Positions 46,721 through 56,024 of a stretch of DNA of 64,000 bases are shown in pieces. The first letter of the stretch is position 1. The number at the start of each line of letters is the position of its first letter. Source of the DNA: Tritrichomonas foetus (lineage: Eukaryota); assembly GCA_041260205.1 (NCBI GenBank), contig CM083809.1, forward strand, positions 1,922,001 through 1,986,000, given 5' to 3'. The notes under the pieces were generated by a model. The model was not told the origin of the DNA. It did no database searches and saw only the letters and a list, made by a program, of their open reading frames with translations. The translations under genes were made by a program, and so were the position numbers.

Positions 46721-46846
46721 GTCCTAATCAGATTCGCATTGGCTTGATATTTGACAATTTGAAATCGGTTTTCAGATACTCGACGAATGAGTCAATCGAT
46801 ATCAGTGTGAGCGAGAAAGAGGCGCTGTTTTGCTAAGAAACAACTC

Positions 46847-47732
46847 AACATTCAGTCATGACTCAATATTCAGTCGTGATGAAACATTCAGTCGTGACTC
46901 AATATTCAATCGTGATGAAACATTCAGTCGTGACTCAATATTCAATCGTGATGAAATATTCAGCTGTGATGAAATATTCAGTCGTAATGAAACATTCAGC
47001 TGTGATGAAACACTCAGTCGTAATGAAACATTCAGTCGTGATGAAACATTCAGTCGTGATGAAACATTCAGTCGTGATGAAATATTCAATCGTGATGAAA
47101 TATTCAGCTGTGATGACACATTCAGCTGTGATGACACATTCAGCTGTGATGACACATTCAGCTGTGATGAAACATTCAGCTGTGATGAAACATTCAGCTG
47201 TGATGAAACATTCAGCTGTGATGAAACATTCAGCTGTGATGACACATTCAGCTGTGATGAAACATTCAGCTGTGATGAAACATTCAGCTGTGATGAAACA
47301 TTCAGCTGTGATGAAACATTCAGCTGTGATGACACATTCAGCTGTGATGAAACATTCAGCTGTGATGAAACATTCAGTCGTAATGAAACATTCAGTCGTG
47401 ATGAAACATTCAGCTGTGATGACACATTCAGCTGTGATGAAACATTCAGCTGTGATGAAACATTCAGTCGTGGTGAAACATTCAGCTGTGATGACACATT
47501 CAGCTGTGATGACACATTCAGCTGTGATGAAACATTCAGTCGTGGTGAAACATTCAGTCGTGGTGAAACATTCAGCTGTGATGACACATTCAGCTGTGAT
47601 GACACATTCAGCTGTGATGACACATTCAGCTGTGATGAAACATTCAGTCGTGATGAAACATTCAGTCGTAATGAAACATTCAGTCGTGGTGAAACATTCA
47701 GCTGTGATGAAACATTCAGCTGTGATGAAACA
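46847..47732 (+). repeat. 18-bp tandem array, about 49 copies
   Basis: GATGAAACATTCAGCTGT with variants (AGTCGT, GACAC). Confidence 0.95.
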
Positions 47733-48074
47733 TGGGAAATGAACAATTTGATTGTACTATATTATGATGATTAAAGTCAATGATTATTTGATTATGAAAG
47801 TCTCAACAGTCTTAATTCATTTGATAAATATATGATATCTCCGTTCATTAATATTGACAATTAAGGAATTAACAATGATTTCATAGAAAATCAAATAAAA
47901 TTACTTATTTTGAAATATCTTATCATACGTTTTTGTTTATGTTTCTTTTTATTTTATATTAGTAAGTTACAAGCATACAGTTTTTCTGTATTATACACAA
48001 TGAAAAGTAATAATAATAAGAAAAATGATAAAAAAAAAAAAAAAAAAAAAAAGAATATTAAAGTGTTTGTTTTA

Positions 48075-50084
48075 TTATTTATTAGCTCCATGAAGTTGGA
48101 GTCTGCTTTTTAACATCACAGGTGTGATATTAGTTGTACAATGATTCTGAATGTGTGTTTGTGTTGACAAAAGACGTTCCACTTCGGCTTCACTGGCAAC
48201 ACATGAACAAAACCTAAGAGCCAGCTCACTAAACGCCTCCCATTCAGTGTTATAAGAATAAGCTTTTCTCCAAAATGTCACTGGGTTATCCCCAGTGTAA
48301 TTGGTTATGTTGAGAGAAAGTGGATCTGAAAATAAAAATGTGTCGTATTTCTCTTCTACATAATGATCATTGATCCCCAAAACTAAGGCTACTTCAACAA
48401 TAGACTCTTTAGCATTCTGATATATATTTTCGTATATATCGGAAGATCTTTGTAGAAATTCTGTATCTCTTTGAAGTTCAAATTCTGCTTTAAGTGAATT
48501 TTGAACTTCAGAATCATACATAGATGTTATTTCATCGATGGATGTGAAATACTCAGCTGCTTCTGCGACTCCATTGTTCTCTTCGATTTCCAAATGATGC
48601 GAAAAATCATCAATCAATGGAGTGTTTTTGAATTCAAATCTTTCTCTCTCATGTTGCAGAGTGTCATAGTGAGGTGAAAAAGAGAGTGCATAAGGATTTT
48701 CTGTACGTATTCCATAATATTTTCGACGAATTTCATTCCTCCCAATGCCTGATAATGCAAAACAAGTCATAACAGTCTTATAAGCATTATGTTTAAATCT
48801 TGCCCGAATATAAGCATCGGCAATTTCCAGTATCTCATGAAATTGTGATGAAGATTTTTGATACAACTGCTTTAACTGATGCAGCAGCTCCCTGACCAGT
48901 AGCACAATATTAAACATTTGAAAGTTCTTTTTCTCTACAATTAAAGAAAATACTTTTAAGTAAACTAAAAAATGATACACAAATTCTATACTATTGTCAA
49001 TTAGTGGGACTTCCAGATTATTAGCACGTAACGTTTGCAAGTAGTTGTTTATTTCTGGTTTGTGGGATGTTATAAATAACAATATGTCAACAATGTACAA
49101 CCAGCGTGTCCTAGAAAATGTTGGGCACTTGGCCCCAATAAAATTTACTGCTTCATTTTTTCGAATGATATTTGTTATCAACATAATTTGTTCAATTAGA
49201 TTTTGTAGCAATGGAGACATTTTGATTATATTTAAAAAGACAAGATTTATTAAATGAGAAAAGCAGGGAATATGCATAACTGTTCTAATAAAGGGATTCT
49301 CTGTAGTAGTTTTCAATTGAAAAAACCCACTAACTTGAGCTGGGAGATTATCGATTGTTAATGCACAAACAATAATTTTGTACTGATTTAGTTTTTCAAA
49401 AACATCGTAAAATATTTTAAAATAAGATTCGGAATCAAATTTATCACTTTCATAAGTCTCAAATAAAAAATTCATATCTGGATTATAATTGCTAACTATC
49501 ATAAAATGCAAGACATGTGATTTTACTACAGTTCCTGCATCACATATGAGAGTCACAAATCTGATCTCTTCGGCTTTTTGAACTGAGATTCCAAATTCTT
49601 TTTGTGCTACTTTTTTGAGAGCCTCAGCAAAAATAGGAGGCGAGAAAGGATCAACAAAATCTTCAATTTTGACAGAATTATTTGATAATGCTAAACGATA
49701 TCCTTTTTGGAGCAATGAAATAATAAACTTTCGCATCGCAACTGACGTGGCTTTATTCGCGCTAATATCAAGTCTTCCAGAAACTAAAGCTACATCGGTA
49801 ATAATATTTTCGTTAAAGTTTGTTCTGAACACTTTTTCCTGATTGCGTAATATGTGAGCTGGGAAGCCATTATCATCTGCTTGCGGTATATTATATTCGT
49901 GGATTTTGTGAGCACTAATAAATCGTTTCTCACATACATAAGAACATCTTCTGTATTCTTGAAATTTTAAATTATATTGTATATCGCCACACCTCCATTC
50001 TGCTTTTCCGCGCATTTTCGTTGGCGTCCATCCTGAGGGAACTTGGTTTTTGACATGACGTGGCCTGAAGTCTGGCTTGTTCAT
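48075..50084 (-). CDS. hAT transposase, 669 aa, uninterrupted
   Basis: ICDAGT, IDNLP, PCFSHLINL (CxxH), RTRWL, C-terminal FWRK..LALRFCSCVASEAEVERLLS. Confidence 0.88.
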   Translation of the reverse strand: MNKPDFRPRHVKNQVPSGWTPTKMRGKAEWRCGDIQYNLKFQEYRRCSYVCEKRFISAHKIHEYNIPQADDNGFPAHILRNQEKVFRTNFNENIITDVALVSGRLDISANKATSVAMRKFIISLLQKGYRLALSNNSVKIEDFVDPFSPPIFAEALKKVAQKEFGISVQKAEEIRFVTLICDAGTVVKSHVLHFMIVSNYNPDMNFLFETYESDKFDSESYFKIFYDVFEKLNQYKIIVCALTIDNLPAQVSGFFQLKTTTENPFIRTVMHIPCFSHLINLVFLNIIKMSPLLQNLIEQIMLITNIIRKNEAVNFIGAKCPTFSRTRWLYIVDILLFITSHKPEINNYLQTLRANNLEVPLIDNSIEFVYHFLVYLKVFSLIVEKKNFQMFNIVLLVRELLHQLKQLYQKSSSQFHEILEIADAYIRARFKHNAYKTVMTCFALSGIGRNEIRRKYYGIRTENPYALSFSPHYDTLQHERERFEFKNTPLIDDFSHHLEIEENNGVAEAAEYFTSIDEITSMYDSEVQNSLKAEFELQRDTEFLQRSSDIYENIYQNAKESIVEVALVLGINDHYVEEKYDTFLFSDPLSLNITNYTGDNPVTFWRKAYSYNTEWEAFSELALRFCSCVASEAEVERLLSTQTHIQNHCTTNITPVMLKSRLQLHGANK

Positions 50085-50340
50085 TATTTGAAATAAAAAA
50101 ATATGATTTAACGGTCGTTGTCTTTCTGATGGAATGGATTTCAGGTGGGATTAAATGATGCTTAACATTCATATATGAAGGCAGTGTATTCATCTTTCGA
50201 ATTTAGTGATTCATGACAAAATTGTTTAAATTTAGAAAATATATAATATTCAATATATTAGAGATATATGTAGATATAAAAACAAGTATGGTTTAGCAAC
50301 AGACTTTCATGAATTTATTGATGTTCGTTTCACCATTTCT

Positions 50341-50654
50341 GAATGTTTCATCACAGCTAAATGTTTCATCACAGCTGAATGTTTCATCACAGCTGAATGT
50401 TTCATCACAGCTGAATGTGTCATCACAGCTGAATGTTTCATCACAGCTGAATGTTTCATCACAGCTGAATGTTTCATCACAGCTGAATGTTTCATCACAG
50501 CTGAATGTGTCATCACAGCTGAATGTTTCATCACAGCTGAATGTTTCATCACAGCTGAATGTTTCATTACGACTGAATATTTCATCACGGCTGAATGTTT
50601 CATTACGACTGAATGTTTCATCACGGCTGAATGTTTCATCACAACCGAATGTTA
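50341..50654 (-). repeat. Inverted 18-bp tandem array, about 17 copies
   Basis: ACAGCTGAATGTTTCATC, the reverse complement of the left array unit. Confidence 0.95.
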
Positions 50655-52406
50655 AGTAATTTCTTAATGTGAAAGTTATATGTACGGGGGGTTTGGGGGG
50701 CGGAGCCCCCAAAATTTTTGAACTTTTCCTTATGGTAGTAATTTGCAGGCATTACGGTAAGTTATGGCTGTAAATAATACCTTAATGTTATTATAATTAT
50801 GTAAAATTCAACGATAACAAAAATTGATTAATTAATAATGTCATTTTTTTTCCTTCTTCACATCTTGATAGTACAGCGAAATCTTAGAAGAATCAATGAA
50901 AACATGTTCGCCTTGAATGACTAGGATATAGAATAAAAATGAAACAAGATAAAACATTCAGAATTAATTCAATACAAATTGAAATCATTTTAAATGAATA
51001 TATGGTCATAAATAACGATTATTCGGGCATGAAATTTTGACATTCCTTTTTCCGCCTTTGCCAAGAAAAACTTTTTGTGTTATTTCACGCATGACATAAA
51101 TTTGCGCGGTAAAATTACTTCTCTCAATTTCTCCAAGGCAAAGCAAGCAGGGGATTCTAATTCTGGTGAAGGATTAAAATCCGTTCCGACCTGCCTGTAA
51201 TGAAGGGGAGATTTTGACGAGGGGTCACGTGTTTTGGGAGTCATGTTTTTATAATTATTTAAATATTTGATTTTTATTCGATCTCCATTTTTTTGGTTGG
51301 GAGTCCTGTCTAAAATACTATGGTTCGAAAACGATCGATTACTTTTTTTTCCATCCATTTACTTTTTCATCTTTGAATATTAAATGATTGATGATGATCA
51401 AAAGATGAAAGTGAGCTATTCATTACTGTTTCTTCCAAGAACCTTTCAAAAATTCGACATGTGTTAAAAATCAGCCAAGGATTTCTTGATCATCTTCAGA
51501 GAAAAAGTGGCATTTTACACAAAACATCACTTTTTGAATTTATATTGATTTATTTCTATAGTCTTTGAATTGGCAAATGTCCATTAACTTGATCGATGTT
51601 TGAGATTCACTGAAGGGAGTTGGGAGCATGCGAACAGCATTTCAGAGAAAAGCGGAGCCAGTCGAAAGTCAATACAATGAATTAAGAATATGATGGTTAG
51701 CATTATCCCTGAATTGTGTCAATGGGCCATTTCAAGTGTTTAATTGTGGCTTATAGCCTCCACTATTCATAGTAATCAACAAATTAGAAGAAATATAGGA
51801 TATTACAGAAATGAGATTTTGAATATACGTCGCTGAATTAAATTTTACTGCGCAAACAAACGAATATGAACACCTTAAACGCAAACATGGATAGAATTAC
51901 TTGTCAAAGCGAATGACGAATTAATTTCTTTGATAGATATAATGAGAATAGAAGAAAAGTGCAAAAATAGAAAGTGATAAATGGTAATCACTTTGAATGA
52001 GACAAATAATTTAACGTTAGAATATGAAAAAGTCCTTAAAAGACAATTAATAGATATAATGATTTATTTAAATGACAAATCATGAGAATGTATATCACCA
52101 AACAATTTCTCATGATTATGGATAATAAATTTAATGGTATTCAAAATGCGATGAAAATAAAATAAAATGAACCCAATGCTGAGAATTAATTTCGACAAAC
52201 CATTGAATGAGACAATAACAGTCAAATCACGACTTCATGTGATGATAAAACATCGATATTTACAGGAATCCAACAACTGGAAATAATAATAATGATAATA
52301 AAAAACAATTAATTTTTAAAAATCATTTACTAAGTTATTTACTCTTCGATTTCTGCAAATAGTGGCGAATGATTTGTAAAAAGCAATGTTAATGAATAGT
52401 GTTTGT

Positions 52407-53288
52407 TTATTGTTTGAGATCTTTGTTTTGATATTTATTCAGGAAATCATGAATTACCTCTTCGTAATTTTCCGGTTGTATTTTACTGAGTTTCATGGAT
52501 AACATCCAACACTGAGATAAAATATGATCATTAATTTCATTATGATATATATCTAAAGCTGCAAAAACTCTTGCAGTGATAAAAGCAGAACTTAGTGAAT
52601 TGATATGAAAGAAATTCAAATCTGATTGAATTCTGAGAAATGCTCTTTGTAGAACTGCATTTTTGTGAGTGTTAAAATAGTTCAGAGCATCTAGTTGATT
52701 TTGTGGTAAGAAAAAGTTATTTTTTCGTTTGAAAAATTTTGGTGGAACTGTTGTTGTTGATAATGTTATTTCTAAACCTTTTTCAATAAATATCATATTT
52801 CCCTCCAAATCTAAGTTCACTTCTGGTAAATATTCATTTCGAGTAATTTTACTTGTTTTAGATACTGTTTCATCATGTTCAATTTTTAGTTCTTGATTAG
52901 GAACATCATTTGCTTTCATCCATTGATTTGAAACTTTTGAAAGCTGTGGGGTAAATGAATCATTCACAACATTTACACATATATGTTGTGTTCCCAAGCG
53001 ATGTGATATTATGTCACCATAGGCACATGAGCATTTGCTAAGTGATTCAAGCTTCAATTTTTTTCTTTTTTTATTTAATCTTTCAATATTCGCCTTTATA
53101 TTAGCAATTCTATTTCGTTCATAATTACATTTTCGTGACTTAATGGTTTCATGTAGAATTTTTAAAGAGTTTAAAAATTTTAAAGGTCTGCTAAATTTTC
53201 GATTAATGAGACCATGAGTCCCTTCACTATGGTTTGAAGCTGTAGCTACAGGACCTCTTAGCCACAATGCCCATCTTTTTTTATCTGA
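52407..53288 (-). pseudogene. C-terminal half of a MULE-like transposase interrupted by the Maverick
   Basis: RWALWLRGPVATASNHSEGTHGLINRK (T-x-x-N-x-x-E-x-x-H motif), CSCAY..HIC; the first residues of the listed ORF come from the Maverick TIR. Confidence 0.65.
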
Positions 53289-53479
53289 AGGAGTAGATAT
53301 AATTTCGGGCATTATTCGCAACTGCGTTGCTCAACTGCCCGAAACAAAATAATTTTATAAATAACGTTTAAAAATAAATAATAATAATAATAAAACGATC
53401 GACCAAATAAAAAAAATTTATCATCATATATAAAGTTCTACAATCTGGTCCCTTAGGACCAGCTCATAGAACTTTAATT

Positions 53480-53925
53480 GTAAACCGAAAAACACAAACG
53501 GAAAAAATGTCGGTAGATAAATTTTAACAATCGACACCAAACGATTTTAAAAAAATTATCCTAAAATTTCTGAAAATTTTTTTGAAAATATTTATGAAAA
53601 ATAAACTAAAAACCAAACGAAAAACACAAACAGAAAAAATAATGATAGATAAATTTTAACAATCGACACCAAACGATTTTAAAAAATTATCCTAAAATTT
53701 ATAAAAAAAAATTTTGAAAATATTTATGAAAAAAATTTATGAATCGAACCTGAGACCTTAAAAATTTATGAAAATATTTATGAAAAAATTTATGAATCGA
53801 ACCTAAGACCTTAAAAATTTATGAAAAATATTTTATGAAAAAAATTTATGAATCGAACCTAAGACCTTAAAAATTTATGAAAATATTTTATGAAAAAATT
53901 TATGAATCGAACCTGAGACCTTTAC
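53480..53925 (+). repeat. Maverick subterminal repeats: two ~135-bp copies and four ~53-bp copies
   Basis: GATAAATTTTAACAATCGACACCAAACGATTTTAAAAAA twice; AAAAATTTATGAATCGAACCT(G/A)AGACCTT four times. Confidence 0.85.
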
Positions 53926-54050
53926 GAAAAAATGAACGATAGAGATAAGGTGAAATAATAAGGTGAAAAATATATATTATTTCTCTCACAAAAAATTTTC
54001 AATTGACCCTCACAAAAGTTATCCTCTCAATTTCACTTCATTTTTATTTT

Positions 54051-54398
54051 TGCTCGACGGAGAATCCGAGCACTGGGCACCATAAATGGGATCTTTGATC
54101 CTGAGAACTTTGTTCCCGTAACCATGTCCTCGTGAATTGCATTTATGGAAAAAATCGTAATACTTCGAAAGCTTTCCCAAGTACTTAGTAAGGGTCAGCT
54201 ATCATTAGTTATTACTCAGGTAGTACTGATTTTATTCAGGTGCCTCCACATCTCAACAGATGTCAAAGGAGTAGGGCGACGGAACTAACACTTCTTAAAT
54301 AGTCCTCCGCCTGAGTGAGTTCGATACTAATGGTAGCAATTTCCTAAAAGGTCAAGAAATCCAAAGGGTTTCGGGAAAGATAGCGTTGATTAAGCCCA
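54051..54398 (+). ncRNA. Candidate structured RNA inside the Maverick
   Basis: ORF-free, GC-richer than its flanks, about 10 nested helices with G-U pairs mostly favouring the + strand (see findings). Confidence 0.55.
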
Positions 54399-54470
54399 AA
54401 CATTATTTATATAAAATCATGTAAATAGAATGGTATGTATTCTGGTACATAACATTTTATTAAGTAATAA

Positions 54471-54767
54471 ATGCTAGAGCCGATATATCAGTTTGAGCCT
54501 GTTCATCAGCCACATAAAATGGTTTCAGTAAATAATAACTATTTGGGAGATCGAACAATATTTGTTCCTACTGAATCAAATGCACAGCCTTTACACTTTA
54601 AACGAACCCATATGATAAGAATAAAAGAACATAATACACAATATGAGGACATTAATAAAGCGAAAGAAGTGAAAGAATATTATAAAGATTATGATAAAAT
54701 ACAAGGTGTTGTAAAGGCAACAAATATATTACCAGCGTATGATCCACATAATCCACTTTTTATTTAA
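54471..54767 (+). CDS. Maverick hypothetical protein, 98 aa
   Basis: ATG-to-stop ORF; a diverged relic exists at about 7700-7824. Confidence 0.7.
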   Translation: MLEPIYQFEPVHQPHKMVSVNNNYLGDRTIFVPTESNAQPLHFKRTHMIRIKEHNTQYEDINKAKEVKEYYKDYDKIQGVVKATNILPAYDPHNPLFI

Positions 54768-54773
54768 TAATAA

Positions 54774-55307
54774 ATGAGCATTAGAAAACATATGTGCAAC
54801 AGTGGATTAAATATTCCTGTTGGTCTCGAGTCATCAGCTTCTGCTTCATCAAATCCAACCATTAATAATAATATCATTTTAGGTGATTCAGCTAATGTTT
54901 CGAAAGACAATCTTTTAAAACCTTCTGTTCTTGCCGAACCAATCCAGACACGAGATGTGTCATTAACGAGAGTGGAAGACATCTTATATGAAATATATGC
55001 CAAAATTTTATTAAACTCTAATAAAGAACTTATTGCAAATCTTATTAGTAAAAATCATATCATTTTAACGAAAAAGAATTTAGAGTATGTCATTGCTACA
55101 ATAACAGGTCAAGAATGTGAAATTATTATTCCAGATGTCGAGTCTAGTTGCTGTGTCGCTAAATACTCACCAATTAGACGCATTGAACAAATAAAAATAA
55201 AAGACACAAATGGTGTCATTACTGACTTTAAGCAAACAATGAATGCACAATATAATGAGCTTAAGGATAAATATCATATCTGTTTGAAGTTTGTCTACGA
55301 TGCTTAA
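54774..55307 (+). CDS. Maverick hypothetical protein, 177 aa
   Basis: ATG-to-stop ORF; pseudogenised homologue at 7325-7696. Confidence 0.75.
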   Translation: MSIRKHMCNSGLNIPVGLESSASASSNPTINNNIILGDSANVSKDNLLKPSVLAEPIQTRDVSLTRVEDILYEIYAKILLNSNKELIANLISKNHIILTKKNLEYVIATITGQECEIIIPDVESSCCVAKYSPIRRIEQIKIKDTNGVITDFKQTMNAQYNELKDKYHICLKFVYDA

Positions 55308-56004
55308 ATGGTTTTATTTTTAGCTGAACGAAGAGAGGAGAATTTAATAATACTGGTTGGAACTGGAAGTCAACAAGCTGGAAACGGATATGACTCATTG
55401 CAGCCCTATTTATTCGTATCTTATCTTGTTTCTTATTAATGATAATAGGAAGCCCTTGTTTCATAAACGTATTTATTCTGTAGCTTACACATCTATTTAT
55501 ATTTGATTCTGTACCGATGTTCTGTCCTTGATCGGAAACTAAATACATAACATTTCCATAACATGTGAATGGAGTCGATTCTGAAACATATGTATATTTA
55601 TCTCCTTTTACACTCAGCATGTCATCAAATGAAGTATTATATAAACCCATCAAAACACATACTCTATGTGAAGCTGATTTAATACAAAATTCTTTATCCA
55701 TCTCAATATAAAGTTTTTCATTTCTTATTTCTATTGCTGATTCTACCAGCTCCTCCTTTAGCATTTCTACAATATGATCTAATACATCTGAATGATAGTA
55801 AAACTTTTTCATTCTTACTGTCTCTTCATCTATTCCATCTATCTCAAATGTTATGTAATCGCTTTCATCAGTTAGTGTAAAGTTAGCGTAAGTACTTATA
55901 GAATCGATTCTATATTTCGCTTCTTCGCATCCCCACGGGATATTTACATTACATTCCACCGTTCCATAATTTTTTGTATTTGAGCTCTGAATGCTGTAAA
56001 TCAT
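55261..56004 (-). CDS. Putative minor capsid (penton, single jelly-roll) protein
   Basis: About 247 aa from ATG 56004, beta-rich; C-terminal IRFQLVDFQFQPVLLNSPLFVQLKI resembles Polinton/virophage penton endings. Confidence 0.55.
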   Translation of the reverse strand: MIYSIQSSNTKNYGTVECNVNIPWGCEEAKYRIDSISTYANFTLTDESDYITFEIDGIDEETVRMKKFYYHSDVLDHIVEMLKEELVESAIEIRNEKLYIEMDKEFCIKSASHRVCVLMGLYNTSFDDMLSVKGDKYTYVSESTPFTCYGNVMYLVSDQGQNIGTESNINRCVSYRINTFMKQGLPIIINKKQDKIRINRAAMSHIRFQLVDFQFQPVLLNSPLFVQLKIKPFKHRRQTSNRYDIYP

Positions 56005-56024
56005 GTATTTTAAATCTATTAAAA

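Larger units (their letters stand above)
46834..50666 (-). mobile_element. hAT-superfamily transposon with foldback-like inverted tandem arrays
   Basis: Outer ends TAAGAAACAACTCAACATTCAG vs (rc) TAAGAAATTACTTAACATTCGG, each followed by 18-bp arrays in opposite orientation; no 8-bp TSD found, so the boundaries are tentative. Confidence 0.7.

Noticed and set aside
46830..47774. ORFs of 294-314 aa over the 18-bp array (and 50293-50712)
   Set aside because: Open in several frames on both strands only because the 18-mer lacks stops there; the same array is mirrored at the other end of the transposon.
5091..53400. One giant Maverick bounded by the TIRs at 5308 and 53289
   Set aside because: The two TIRs face away from each other, share no TSD, and the interval holds ordinary host genes.
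54230..54398. Pistol ribozyme or group I intron identity for the structured segment
   Set aside because: Short look-alike words occur (GGGCGACG, TTAAATAG, AGCG, ATAGTCC), but their order and spacing do not fit pistol, and there is no GACTA partner for a group I P7.
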